A model generated the notes under the pieces. The model had not been told where the DNA came from. It saw nothing but the letters and a program-made list of their open reading frames with translations, and ran no database searches. The translations under genes were made by a program, and so were the position numbers. A stretch of DNA of 64,000 nt from a virus (taxonomy: Duplodnaviria > Caudoviricetes): positions 14,262 to 78,261 of IMG/VR virus record IMGVR_UViG_2844540631_000002; one strand, given 5' to 3'. This document shows positions 8,775-18,417 of this stretch, piece after piece; positions within the stretch are counted from its first letter, which is position 1, and every line of letters starts with the position of its first letter.

Positions 8775-9274
8775 TGCCCGGCGCGTGTGCGAAGCCCGCG
8801 GAGATTGCTGCCTCGCTGTACGTGGCGGATGGGTACCGCGCCTGGCTGGCCCAGTCCGCCGTGGCGAAGGCGGCCCGCCTGGCGCGCGCCGCTGCGCCGC
8901 TGGAGACGGGCGGCATGCTGCTGGGGCAGGTGGTGGACGGCGAGGCCCACGTCTTCGCAGTGACAGGGCCGGGGCGGAAGGTGCGCCTCGCCCGCTACAC
9001 CTTCGAGTCGGACAGGGCCCGCGACAACCGGTTGGTGCATCGCGTGTGGCCGCGCCTGCGCTACCTGGGCGACTGGCACACGCACCCGGGCGGCCGGCCC
9101 GTGCTGTCCGCCATGGACCTCGCCTCCATTCGCGAGACGCTGACGCCGGACAGGCCGGAGTTGCTGGAGCTGCTGCTGGCGGGCCCGCCGGGCATGGAGT
9201 CCTTCGAGGTGGCCCTCTTCACCATGGTGCGTGGTGAGGATGCGCCGCGGCGCATGACAGGAGGTGGCGAGTGA
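8774..9274 (+). CDS. Stand-alone JAB/MPN (JAMM) metallopeptidase
   Basis: PLETGGMLLG plus WHTHPGGRPVLSAMD fits E...HxHx7Sx2D; TGATG overlap with terL. Confidence 0.85.
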   Translation: MPGACAKPAEIAASLYVADGYRAWLAQSAVAKAARLARAAAPLETGGMLLGQVVDGEAHVFAVTGPGRKVRLARYTFESDRARDNRLVHRVWPRLRYLGDWHTHPGGRPVLSAMDLASIRETLTPDRPELLELLLAGPPGMESFEVALFTMVRGEDAPRRMTGGGE

Positions 9275-9483
9275 TGGCCGCCCGTCACCGCCCAGGGAGT
9301 GGCAGGCGCCTACGCGGCCGAGGCCTTCCGCTGGCTGCCCGGCGTGACTCCGTCTGGGTGGTGGTGCGCTTCTCCGCGCACCTGGAGGACCCGCACCGTC
9401 GCCGGCTGACGCGCCTGGCCTCGGACACCTGGGCCTACGTCCACCTGCGGCGCCAGGGCAACGCGGAAGAGGGGAGGGCCTGA
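9271..9483 (+). CDS. Small basic hypothetical protein
   Basis: Coupled between JAB gene and portal. Confidence 0.4.
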   Translation: MMAARHRPGSGRRLRGRGLPLAARRDSVWVVVRFSAHLEDPHRRRLTRLASDTWAYVHLRRQGNAEEGRA

Positions 9484-9484
9484 C

Positions 9485-10981
9485 ATGGCGGCGAACAAGG
9501 TGAACGCGCAGAGCAGCGCGTATAGGGACATGCTGCCGGACTGGCAGTTGGTGTTGGACTTGATGGGCGGCACCCGGGCCATGCGCGCGGCCGGAGAGCG
9601 GCACCTGCCGCGCCACCCCCGTGAGACGCCGAAGGAGTACCGGGCGCGACTCAACCGCACCTTCCTCTTCAACTACTTCACCAAGGTGCTGGGGAGCCTC
9701 GCCGCCAAGCCCTTCGCCAAGCCCGTGCGGCTGGGCGACGCTGCGCCGGAAGAGCTGCAGGCCCTGGCGGATGACGTGGACCGGCAGGGGCATGACCTCA
9801 CGGCGTGGGCCCGCCCCGTCTTCGCGGACGGCTTGGCGAAGGGCTTCACCCACTTCCTCGTCGACTTCCCGGTGGTGGACCCGGAGAGGGTGAAGACGCT
9901 GGAGGACGAGCAGCGCGCGGGCGTCCGCCCCTACTTCGTCCACATCCCCGCTGAGGCCCTCATCGCGGCCTACTCCGAAGTGGTGGATGGCGTGGAGCGC
10001 CTCACGCACGTGCGCTTCCGCGAAACGGAGGTGCGCATGGTGGGCTACGCCGAGGTTGTGGTGGAGCGCATCCGTGTCCTTGAACCGACGAGGTGGGAGG
10101 TCCACGAGCGCGTCGGCAACGGCGGATGGACGCTGGTGGAAGACGGGGAGAACCAGCTGGGCTTCATCCCCCTCGTCACCTGGTACGCCGGCGAGCGCAA
10201 GGCGCTCATGCAGGCCCGGCCGCCGTTGTTGGACCTGGCCTTCAAGAATGTGGAGCACTGGCAGTCGGCCAGCGACCAGCGCAACGTCCTCACCGTGGCG
10301 CGCTTCCCGATGCTCGCGGCGTCTGGTGTGTCGCCGCCGTCGGGTGGGGAGGGCCAGGGCGAGGACAGCAACAAGCTCACCGTCGGCCCGCACACGCTGC
10401 TCACCACGGAGAGCCCGCAGGGGAAGTTCTACTACGTCGAGCACGGCGGGGCGGCCATCGCCGCTGGTCGCCTCGACTTGGAGGACCTGAAGGACGAGAT
10501 GGCGGCGCTCGGCATCGAGCTGCTCGTCAAGCGCTCCGGCACGGCCACGGCCACCGAGAAGTCCATCAACGAGGCGAAGAGCCAGAGCGAGCTTCAGGCC
10601 ATGGCGGAGAGCTTCGGGGACGCCCTTGAGTTGGGCCTCCACTTCGCTGCTCAGTGGATGCGGCTCCAGGTGGATGACGCCTCGCTGAAGGTGCAGGTGC
10701 ACACCGACTTCGGGCTGACGGAGCAGGACAAGCAGGACCTGGACGTCCTCTTCAAGGCGCGAGCGAAGGGCGACATTTCACGCGAGGCCTTCCTCGCCGA
10801 GCTCAAGCGCCGGGGCGTCCTTGCGCCGGACTTTGATGCGGCCCTGGACGCGGATCGGCTGATGTCCGAGGGCCCGCCCCTGGGCACCTTCCGGCCCGCT
10901 CCCTCGGCGCTCGGCGCTGGGCGCGCGCCAGCCGCCGCTCCAGTGCCTGGGGACGCTCCCGCTTCAGGAGGTGCCGCGTGA
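9485..10981 (+). CDS. Portal protein (DUF4055-like)
   Basis: Position; W.LV.DLMGGTRAMRAAGERHLPR..RE...YRARL; RPPLLDLAFKNVEHWQSASD. Confidence 0.9.
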   Translation: MAANKVNAQSSAYRDMLPDWQLVLDLMGGTRAMRAAGERHLPRHPRETPKEYRARLNRTFLFNYFTKVLGSLAAKPFAKPVRLGDAAPEELQALADDVDRQGHDLTAWARPVFADGLAKGFTHFLVDFPVVDPERVKTLEDEQRAGVRPYFVHIPAEALIAAYSEVVDGVERLTHVRFRETEVRMVGYAEVVVERIRVLEPTRWEVHERVGNGGWTLVEDGENQLGFIPLVTWYAGERKALMQARPPLLDLAFKNVEHWQSASDQRNVLTVARFPMLAASGVSPPSGGEGQGEDSNKLTVGPHTLLTTESPQGKFYYVEHGGAAIAAGRLDLEDLKDEMAALGIELLVKRSGTATATEKSINEAKSQSELQAMAESFGDALELGLHFAAQWMRLQVDDASLKVQVHTDFGLTEQDKQDLDVLFKARAKGDISREAFLAELKRRGVLAPDFDAALDADRLMSEGPPLGTFRPAPSALGAGRAPAAAPVPGDAPASGGAA

Positions 10982-11349
10982 CGTCCGTTCGCTTCGATAG
11001 GAGGTGGGACGTGCGTCGCAACGCAGAGGGGCGCGTCGTCCTCACCCTGGACGAGAACTTCTACTACGGCAGTGAGGGCGAGGATTGGGAGTCCGTGCAG
11101 ACCGCGCGGACTACCATCGTCCTCGCTGAGACGCTGGGCAGGGACATCTGGGCGTCCGTCCACAAGCAGCGGGGCAACGCCATTGAGCTGGCCCTCAAGG
11201 ACGGGGCCCGGGTGACGAGCGTGGAGGTGCCGCCTCCGTCGGAGGAGCCTCGGTCCAAGTCCTGGCGAGTCCGGGGCGCCGAGCTGGCGCTGCGCGCGGT
11301 GCACCACCTGGTGGACGAAGTGCGCCGCCGCGAGCGGGGAGGGGCATAA
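10978..11349 (+). CDS. Hypothetical protein between portal and MuF
   Basis: GTGA coupling; abuts MuF start. Confidence 0.5.
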   Translation: MTSVRFDRRWDVRRNAEGRVVLTLDENFYYGSEGEDWESVQTARTTIVLAETLGRDIWASVHKQRGNAIELALKDGARVTSVEVPPPSEEPRSKSWRVRGAELALRAVHHLVDEVRRRERGGA

Positions 11350-12567
11350 GTGGCCACCACCCGCCGCACAGCCAACGAGGAAATCCTCGAGCGGACCATC
11401 GCGCACTCCGTGCAGGTGGAGCGCTACAAGGCGGGCACCGTCCGCCGGGTGGTGGAGCTGCTCAACGCCACCGAGGAGAGCCTCGAAGCGCAGCTGGCCG
11501 TCCGGGTGGAGCGCATCCTCGCAGCGGGTGGCTTCGATGCTGGGCCGGAAACCACCGCACGCCTGCAGGAGCTGCTGGAAGTGGTGGGCGGCGTGCGCGC
11601 CGAGGCATACGCCGCGGCGGCCGGCTTCCTCCGCGAGGAGTTGTCCGTCTTCGCCGCCTACGAGGCCCAGTGGCAGGCGGCGCTGCTCCAAGAGACGCTC
11701 ATCGTCGAGTTGGGCGTCGTGGCCCCGTCCGCGGAGGTGCTGCGCGCGGCCGTCTTCGAGCGCCCCTTCGCCGGCGCTGTCTTCGAGCACTGGGTGGAGG
11801 CGCTTCCGCCCGCCGACCTGGAGCGGATTTCCCGGGCCGTCCAGGTGGGCGTCGTGGAGGGGCAGACGACGCAGCAGATTGTCCGGAGCGTGGTGGGCAC
11901 CCGCGGGGCCTCGTACACGGACGGCGTGGTGGAGATGTCGCGGCGCAGCGCGGAGACGCTGGTGCGCACCTCCCTCAACCACGCCTCCACGCAGGCCCGT
12001 GAGGAGGTGTACCGGGCCAACGAGGACATCATCGAGGAGGTGCGCTGGGTGGCCACGCTGGACGGCCGCACGACGCTGGGCTGCATCGCACTGGACGGCA
12101 AGACGTTCCCCACGCGCGAAGGCCCGCGACCGCCCAGGCACCCCGGGTGCCGCTCCTCAACGGTGCCGGTCATCAACGGGGTGAAGCTGGTGGGCGACAG
12201 GCCGGCCGTCACCGACGCGCGCACCCGGCGCCAGCGGGAAATCGACTTCCGCGCGGAGGCGAAGGCGAAGGCCGGGGCCGCGTGGAAGGACATGTCCGAG
12301 AAGGAGCGGCGCGGTGCCATCGCCCGCGTCCGTGAGAAGTGGGCGCGGGAGAACATCGGCCAGGTGCCCAAGGGGCTGTCCTACGAGGACTGGCTGCGCC
12401 GTCAGTCCGCCAGCTTCCAGGACGAGGTGCTGGGCCCCACGCGCGGGCAGCTCTTCCGCAACGGCGGGCTCAGCGTGGACCGATTCACCGACGCGAGCGG
12501 CAAGACGTTGACGTTGGAGGCGCTCCGCGAGGCGGAGGCCGAGGCTTTCAAGAAGGCGAAGTTGTAA
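11350..12567 (+). CDS. Head morphogenesis / minor capsid protein (MuF, SPP1 gp7 family)
   Basis: WVATLDGRTTLGCIALDGK...PPRHPGCRS. Confidence 0.9.
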   Translation: MATTRRTANEEILERTIAHSVQVERYKAGTVRRVVELLNATEESLEAQLAVRVERILAAGGFDAGPETTARLQELLEVVGGVRAEAYAAAAGFLREELSVFAAYEAQWQAALLQETLIVELGVVAPSAEVLRAAVFERPFAGAVFEHWVEALPPADLERISRAVQVGVVEGQTTQQIVRSVVGTRGASYTDGVVEMSRRSAETLVRTSLNHASTQAREEVYRANEDIIEEVRWVATLDGRTTLGCIALDGKTFPTREGPRPPRHPGCRSSTVPVINGVKLVGDRPAVTDARTRRQREIDFRAEAKAKAGAAWKDMSEKERRGAIARVREKWARENIGQVPKGLSYEDWLRRQSASFQDEVLGPTRGQLFRNGGLSVDRFTDASGKTLTLEALREAEAEAFKKAKL

Positions 12568-12597
12568 CCGGCCCACTGGGCCGAGAAGGGAAGCGGT

Positions 12598-13353
12598 ATG
12601 GATTTCGAGTGGCAGACGGAGTTGGACGCGGTGGACATCGTCCCCGAGAAGTTCCGCAACCTGTACGCGAAGGGGGACAGCGGGAAGTTCGCGCTCGACG
12701 CCGACGTGGCGAAGCGCATGGACACCACGGGACTCAACACCGCCCTGGAGAAGGAGCGGAAGAACAACAAGGTGCTCGCGGAGGCGCAGAAGGCCTGGAC
12801 GAAGCTGGGCAAGGCCCCCGAGGAGGTGGAGAAGTCACTCGGAGAGCTGAAGGCTGCACTCGCCAAGGCGCAGGAGGGGAAGGACGGCGCTGCCAACTTC
12901 GAGAAGCTGAAGGCCGACCTCGAGTCCGGCCACGCGAACGCGCTCAAGGAGCGTGACACCGTCGTCGAGCGCATGCGGGGCAGCCTGCACAAGCACCTGG
13001 TGGAGGCGGAGGCGACGGCCGCCATCGCGGAGCTGAAAGGGAGTGCAGTGCTCCTCTTGCCTCACGTCCAGAAGCATGTGAAAGTGATTGAGGAAGGTGG
13101 CCACTTCTTGGCTCGGGTTGTTGACGCAGAGGGGGATCCTCGCGGCAACGGCAAGGGCGGCTTCATGACGATTCGGGAGTTCGTCACGGAGCTCAAGAAG
13201 GACACCAACTTCGCTCGGGCCTTCGAGGCTTCGGGTTCCTCCGGTGGCGGGACGCCTGCGGGGGGCAAAGCGGGCGGGATGCCCGGTGGTACCGAGAAGC
13301 TCGGTGCTCCGCAGAAAATCGCGGCGGCTCTGGCGGCTCGACGCAACAAGTAG
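12598..13353 (+). CDS. Capsid scaffolding protein
   Basis: Charged coiled coil upstream of capsid; C-terminal SGSSGGG...KIAAALAARR. Confidence 0.75.
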   Translation: MDFEWQTELDAVDIVPEKFRNLYAKGDSGKFALDADVAKRMDTTGLNTALEKERKNNKVLAEAQKAWTKLGKAPEEVEKSLGELKAALAKAQEGKDGAANFEKLKADLESGHANALKERDTVVERMRGSLHKHLVEAEATAAIAELKGSAVLLLPHVQKHVKVIEEGGHFLARVVDAEGDPRGNGKGGFMTIREFVTELKKDTNFARAFEASGSSGGGTPAGGKAGGMPGGTEKLGAPQKIAAALAARRNK

Positions 13354-13402
13354 CCCTCGGTGCGCGGGATGCGGCCGGAGGCAAACCGAGCGGGATGCTC
13401 GG
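13241..13402 (+). promoter_or_regulatory. Four hairpins with GGGA(U/C) pentaloops upstream of the capsid gene
   Basis: GGC-GGGAC-GCC (loop 13249-53); CGGGC-GGGAT-GCCCG (13271-85); interrupted stem around GGGAT 13366-70; CCGAGC-GGGAT-GCTCGG (13386-402). Confidence 0.55.
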
Positions 13403-13520
13403 CCGCTGTCCTCTCTCGACTCCACACTACACGTGCGCGCCAGGGCCCGAGTCGCCTTCCGCCCTTGGCGCGTCCGCAATCCCTCTCAGCCTCCCTCTCA
13501 CCGAGGAGGAGCGACACCCC

Positions 13521-14456
13521 ATGGCTTCAATCACCCTGGCCGAATCCGCGAAGCTGTCTTCCGACGCCCTTGTCTCCGGCGTCATCGAAACCATCGTCAC
13601 CACGGACCGGCTCTTCGAGCGGCTGCCCTTCGACGAGTTGGAGGGCAACTCCTTCACCTTCAACCGTGAGTCGGTGCTCGGCAACGTCGAGGTGCTGGGC
13701 GTCGGTGGCACCATCACCGCGAAGAACCCGGCCACCGTCGAGCAGGACACCGCGACGCTCACCCGCATCATCGGTGACGCCGAGGTGGACGGGCTCATCC
13801 AGGCCACGCGCTCCAACGTCAACGACCAGGAGGGCTACCAGATTGTGTCCAAGGCCAAGTCGGCCGGGCGCAAGTTCCGCAGCATGTTCATCAACGGCAC
13901 GGGGCTCAGCAACGAGTTCCCCGGGCTGCTGGCGCAGGCGGCGGCGGGGCAGACGCTGGTCGCGGGGACGAATGGCGCCCTCTACGACGTCGGCTTCCTG
14001 GACGAGCTCATCTCCAAGGTGAAGGCGAAGGACGGTGAGGTGGACTTCATCACCATGGCGGAGGTGATGCTCAACCGGCACTACGCGTACCTGCGCAAGC
14101 TGGGCGGCGCGAGCATCAGCGAGGTCATCACCCTGCCGAGTGGGAAGACGGTGCCGGCGTACCGCGGCATCCCCATCTTCGTGAATGACTACATCCCCAC
14201 CAACCAGACGGAGGGGACGGCGACGGACTGCACCAGCATCATCGCGGGCTGCTTCGACGACGGCAGCCGAAGCGTGGGCATCGCCGGGCTGACGGCGCCG
14301 GGGGATGCAGCGGGCATTCACATCAAGGAGGTGGGTGAGCACCAGGAGAAGGACGAGCGCATCACCCGCGTCGTCTGGTACTGCGGCACGGCCGTCTTCA
14401 ATGACTACGCGCTCGCCGTCGCGAAGGGCATCCGCACCGCGCCGCTGGCCCCCTGA
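13521..14456 (+). CDS. Major capsid protein
   Basis: GAGGAGGAG RBS; MASITLAESAKL..D.L..GVIETI; FNRE..L; position. Confidence 0.9.
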   Translation: MASITLAESAKLSSDALVSGVIETIVTTDRLFERLPFDELEGNSFTFNRESVLGNVEVLGVGGTITAKNPATVEQDTATLTRIIGDAEVDGLIQATRSNVNDQEGYQIVSKAKSAGRKFRSMFINGTGLSNEFPGLLAQAAAGQTLVAGTNGALYDVGFLDELISKVKAKDGEVDFITMAEVMLNRHYAYLRKLGGASISEVITLPSGKTVPAYRGIPIFVNDYIPTNQTEGTATDCTSIIAGCFDDGSRSVGIAGLTAPGDAAGIHIKEVGEHQEKDERITRVVWYCGTAVFNDYALAVAKGIRTAPLAP

Positions 14457-14475
14457 GCCACTCCCCACGCATTTC

Positions 14476-14510
14476 GCGGGGAGGCGTGCTGCCTCCCCGC
14501 TCCCTCTTTC
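14476..14510 (+). terminator. Probable intrinsic terminator after capsid gene
   Basis: Perfect 10-bp stem GCGGGGAGGC/GCCTCCCCGC then pyrimidine tract. Confidence 0.6.
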
Positions 14511-14526
14511 CACAGCAGGAGCAGTC

Positions 14527-14985
14527 ATGGACGGCATTCGGATGATTCTGGTGGGCCCCAACGAGGGCAAGGACATCACCCTGGGCGGCTTCACCTTCGA
14601 GGACGGTGAGTTGGTGCTGCCGCCGCGCAGCAGCGGGCCCGCGCAGCGCATCCTCTCGCGCTACTACAGCGCGTTTCCCGAGGGCAGCGTCGAGGGGCGG
14701 AAGGCGAAGGAAGCCTATGAGCGGGCGCGGCGTGGCGGCGCCGGTGCCGCTCTCCCCGCGGTGGGCACCACGCAGTCGGAGGCGGACGGCCAGGTCCGCG
14801 AGCTGCGGCAGGCCCTCGACGAGGGCATGTCGGAGCTGGAGCGGGTGAAGGCCGAGCTGCGCGCCGCGCAGGCGCAGCTGCGCGACGCGACGCAGACGTC
14901 CCCCCCGCCGCCTCCGGCGCCTGTGCCTGCCCCCGCCGAGGAGCCGCCCGCCGCGAAGGGCAAGGCCAAGGCGAAGGCGGAGTAG
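14527..14985 (+). CDS. Hypothetical head-associated protein
   Basis: AGGAG RBS; lies between capsid and connector genes. Confidence 0.6.
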   Translation: MDGIRMILVGPNEGKDITLGGFTFEDGELVLPPRSSGPAQRILSRYYSAFPEGSVEGRKAKEAYERARRGGAGAALPAVGTTQSEADGQVRELRQALDEGMSELERVKAELRAAQAQLRDATQTSPPPPPAPVPAPAEEPPAAKGKAKAKAE

Positions 14986-15009
14986 CCAGCAGCCTCTGGA
15001 GGACACCCC

Positions 15010-15504
15010 ATGCCCTTCGACGCGACACCCAGCGGCCCGTCCGCGAACTCGTACTGCACGGTGGTGGAGGCGGACGCCTACCACTCCGCGCGCGGCCACA
15101 ACGCCGCGTGGGAGTCCGCCACGCAGGAGGCGAAGGAGCGCCACCTCATGTGGGCCACCAGCCTCCTGGACGCGCACTACGGCTACGTGGGCAGCCGGGC
15201 CGAGGCGGAACAGGCCCTGGCCTGGCCCCGGCGCGGCGTGGTGCTGGACGGGGTGACGCTTCCCACCACCGCAGTGCCGCTGCGCGTGCGCGGCGCCACG
15301 GCGGAGTTCGCCTTTCGCCTCATGGGGGAGGACTGGACGGCCGGCCTCGGGCCCATTGTGGACGAGGGCGTGAAGGTGGGTCCGCTGGAGACGTCTCCGG
15401 AGCGGCACGTGCCGATTCCGGAGCAGGTGGCCACGCTGCTGCGCCCCTTCCTCCCTGGTGCCCGCGTGGGCGGCATCGGCACCGTGGGGCTTCTCCGAGG
15501 ATGA
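15010..15504 (+). CDS. Head-tail connector (DnaT-like family)
   Basis: ANSYCTVVEADAYH...QALAWPR. Confidence 0.75.
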   Translation: MPFDATPSGPSANSYCTVVEADAYHSARGHNAAWESATQEAKERHLMWATSLLDAHYGYVGSRAEAEQALAWPRRGVVLDGVTLPTTAVPLRVRGATAEFAFRLMGEDWTAGLGPIVDEGVKVGPLETSPERHVPIPEQVATLLRPFLPGARVGGIGTVGLLRG

Positions 15505-15875
15505 GCGCCCAGGCAGACAGACTGGCCGCCAAGGCCCTCGCGCTGCTGAAGCGCTACGGGCAGGGCGCAACCCTCACCCGGCGCACGCCGGGGGCGTATG
15601 ACCCGGCCCTCTCCACGGCGCCGGCCACCGTCACCACGCACACGGTGCAGGTGCTGGTGCAGGCCGACAACGGGTACCAGGAGCTGGTGCCCGCCGGCAC
15701 GGTGAAGGTGGGCAGGCGCAAGCTGCTGGTGGCCGCGGCCGGGCTGCCGGTGACGCCGGGCCCTGGTGACGAAGTGGGGCCGCTGGAAGGGGCCACCTGG
15801 CGGGTGCTTCGGACGGACCCGCCGGTGCAGTTGCAGGGCACTCCCGTCCTCTACGTACTCAGGGTGGCAGCATGA
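15501..15875 (+). CDS. Head closure / head-tail adaptor
   Basis: ALALLKRYGQGATLTR..GAYDP; position. Confidence 0.7.
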   Translation: MSAQADRLAAKALALLKRYGQGATLTRRTPGAYDPALSTAPATVTTHTVQVLVQADNGYQELVPAGTVKVGRRKLLVAAAGLPVTPGPGDEVGPLEGATWRVLRTDPPVQLQGTPVLYVLRVAA

Positions 15876-16336
15876 CGCTGAAGAAGACGGACGCGCGTGT
15901 CCGGCGCGGTGCCAGTTTTGCTCGGCAGGTGCAGGCCTTCGTCCAGACGACGGAGGAGCGCGCCAACGAGGTGGTGCGGAAGACGGCGCTGGGCATCCTG
16001 GCCAACGTCGTCACCGCCTCGCCCGTGGACACGGGGCAGTTTCGGGCCAACTGGCGCGCGGGCGTGGGCGCTCGGCCAGACGGCACCGTGGAGGCCATGG
16101 ACAAGGACGGCGGCGCCACCATTACCGCGGCGAAGGAGGCACTGGAGTCCGCGAAGCTGGGCGACACGGTGTACGTCGCCAACAACCTGCCCCAGGGCCG
16201 CAGGCTGGAATTCGGCCACAGCCAGCAGGCGCCGAACGGCATGCTGCGCGTCACCCTGGCCAACCTGCCTGAGATTCTCGGGGAGGCCGTGGGCGAGGCG
16301 AAGCAAGAGGCAGGGAAGGGGGACGGCACGCCGTGA
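15872..16336 (+). CDS. HK97 gp10-like tail completion protein
   Basis: SPVDTGQFRANW; VYVANNLP...LEFGHSQQAPNGM. Confidence 0.85.
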   Translation: MTLKKTDARVRRGASFARQVQAFVQTTEERANEVVRKTALGILANVVTASPVDTGQFRANWRAGVGARPDGTVEAMDKDGGATITAAKEALESAKLGDTVYVANNLPQGRRLEFGHSQQAPNGMLRVTLANLPEILGEAVGEAKQEAGKGDGTP

Positions 16337-16758
16337 GTCCGCCCCTCCTCGACATCCCCCAGGCGCTGGAGCTGCGCGCACGGGAGGTGTTGGCGCCGCT
16401 GCTGGGCGAGGCCAACCTCGCCTACCCCAACGTCGTCTTCACCCCCACGCCGGGCGTGCCCTGGGCTCGGCTGGACTGCCTCCCGGCCCGGACGTCACCC
16501 GCCGGCGCCGGGGTGGACTCGCACACGCGGCGCCCGGGTGTCTTCCAGGTGCTGCTCTTCCACCCCATGGGCGAGGGCACGGCGGCCAGCCTCACCGTGG
16601 CCCAGGCGCTGTGCGACGCCTTCAAGCGGGGGACGAGGCTGGAGCGCAACGACACGGTGGTGAGCATCCACTCCGCCTCTGTCGGCCCCGCGCTGCGTGA
16701 CGAGCCGTGGTGGGCCACGCCCGTCAGCATTTCCTGGTTGGTGCACTCGTTGGACTGA
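16333..16758 (+). CDS. Tail terminator protein
   Basis: AYPNVVFTP; GVFQVLLFHPMGEG; immediately before tail tube. Confidence 0.75.
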   Translation: MSPPLLDIPQALELRAREVLAPLLGEANLAYPNVVFTPTPGVPWARLDCLPARTSPAGAGVDSHTRRPGVFQVLLFHPMGEGTAASLTVAQALCDAFKRGTRLERNDTVVSIHSASVGPALRDEPWWATPVSISWLVHSLD

Positions 16759-16789
16759 GCAGCCCCTCGCGGGCGGCAGGAGAAGAGAC

Positions 16790-17929
16790 ATGGCTTCAGC
16801 TTCTGGGCAGCGGACCGCGCTGCGCTTCGCACCGGAGACTGCGTACGGCGTGCCTGGCACGGCGTACCAGGTGCTCCGCTTCACCGACACCAGCCTCAAC
16901 CTCGCGAAGGAGACGTACCAGTCCAACGAGATTCGGGCCGACAGACAGACGGCCGACTTGCGCCACGGCATGCGCAGCGTGGGCGGCGACTTCTCCTTCG
17001 AACTGTCCCGCGGCACCTTCGACGTCCTCTTGGCCGCCGCCCTCAGCGGTACGTGGCGGACGGTGACGACGGGCGCGGCCTCGCTGGAGGCGGAAGCTGA
17101 CGCCTTCGTCCGTGACTCGGGCAGCTTCCTCGAGGATGGCTTCCTGCCCGGGGACATGGTGACGGCCACAGGCTTCGCCGAGGCGGGCAACAACGGACGG
17201 GCGAAGGTGGTGGCAGTGTCCGCGCTGCGCCTGGAGGTGGACAGGGCCCTCACCGTGGATGCTGCCGCCGCGGGGCGCACCGTCGCCATGGTGGGCCAGC
17301 GCCTGGCCAACGGCACCGAGCTCGTCACCTTCGGCCTGGAGCGGGCCTTCACCGACATCAACCAGTTCCTCCTGTACCGGGGCTGCGCGGTGGACAGCCT
17401 GTCCCTCTCCGTGGCGCCCGGGGAAATCGTCACGGGCACTATGGGCTTCCTCGGCAAGGACATGGTGCAGGCCACGGCCACCCACGCGGCGACGCTGGCA
17501 CCAGCTGGCACCGGCAGCCCCTTCGACGCCTTCACCGGGGCGCTCTACGAGGGCGGGCAGTTGGTGGCCAACGTGACGGCCGTTGAGCTGGAAATCGCCA
17601 ACGGCCGCAGCGTCCAGGGCGTCGTCGGGCAGAACAGCCCCCAGGAGATTCACGAGGGCGGCTTTCTCGTCACCGGCAGCCTCTCCGCCTACTTCAAGGA
17701 CGCCGTGCTCCTCAACCGCTTCATCAACGAGGAGGAGTCCAGTCTGGAGTTGCTCCTGGAGGACGTGAACGGGACGGACTTCCACAGCATCCGCTTCCCG
17801 CGGCTCAAGTACACGGGCGGCGACGTCGACAACCCGCGCGAGGGCCCCGTCACCGTCAGCCTGCCCTTCACCGCGCTGCTGGATGCCACCAGCGGCGCCA
17901 CCATCCTCTACCAGCGCAGCAACCCGTAA
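16790..17929 (+). CDS. Major tail tube protein
   Basis: SNEIRADRQ..D.R.G..SVGGD..FELS; central Ig-like insertion; position. Confidence 0.88.
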   Translation: MASASGQRTALRFAPETAYGVPGTAYQVLRFTDTSLNLAKETYQSNEIRADRQTADLRHGMRSVGGDFSFELSRGTFDVLLAAALSGTWRTVTTGAASLEAEADAFVRDSGSFLEDGFLPGDMVTATGFAEAGNNGRAKVVAVSALRLEVDRALTVDAAAAGRTVAMVGQRLANGTELVTFGLERAFTDINQFLLYRGCAVDSLSLSVAPGEIVTGTMGFLGKDMVQATATHAATLAPAGTGSPFDAFTGALYEGGQLVANVTAVELEIANGRSVQGVVGQNSPQEIHEGGFLVTGSLSAYFKDAVLLNRFINEEESSLELLLEDVNGTDFHSIRFPRLKYTGGDVDNPREGPVTVSLPFTALLDATSGATILYQRSNP

Positions 17930-17976
17930 CCGGCGCTCCCGCGCCTCCACTCACTTCCCAGAAGGAGTAGCCCCCT

Positions 17977-18417
17977 ATGATTACCGCCGCTTTCGACATC
18001 GGCAGCCTCCAGCGCAGCGACACCACCACCGTGGAGATTCTCCACCCCGTCTCCGGCGACGCGACGGGGATGAAGGTGGTAGTGCACGGCGTGGACTCGC
18101 CCACCTACCGTGAAGCGGACCGCGCGCTGCGCAATCGCCGCCTCCACAAGCTGCAGCACTCCGGCCGCAATACGAAAATCACCGCAGAGGGCACCGACGC
18201 GGACGGGCTCGAGTTGCTGGTGCGCTGCACGGCCTCGTGGGAGGGCTTCAAGGAGAATGGCCAGCCGCTGCCCTTCACGAAGGACAACGCCCGCCGGGTG
18301 TACGAGGAGCACCCCTGGCTGCGCCGGCAGGTGGACGCCGCCGTCACGGACGCCGCCAGTTTTTTCGCCTCGTCGCCGAGCAGCTCCTCGGCTTCGCTCA
18401 GCACCAGTTCCGACTGA
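17977..18417 (+). CDS. Tail assembly chaperone (G-like)
   Basis: Between tube and tape measure; EILHPVSGD.TG; ARRVYEEHPWLRRQVD. Confidence 0.8.
   Translation: MITAAFDIGSLQRSDTTTVEILHPVSGDATGMKVVVHGVDSPTYREADRALRNRRLHKLQHSGRNTKITAEGTDADGLELLVRCTASWEGFKENGQPLPFTKDNARRVYEEHPWLRRQVDAAVTDAASFFASSPSSSSASLSTSSD

Noticed and set aside
8768-10702. Long antisense ORFs (644 aa here; also 32073-34541, 34686-36650, 7266-8693, 16796-17950, 3446-5221)
   Set aside because: Shadow frames of high-GC genes with no motifs; the opposite strand has clear phage proteins
11350-12567. MuF polymorphic toxin
   Set aside because: No toxin domain after the MuF core and no immunity gene downstream
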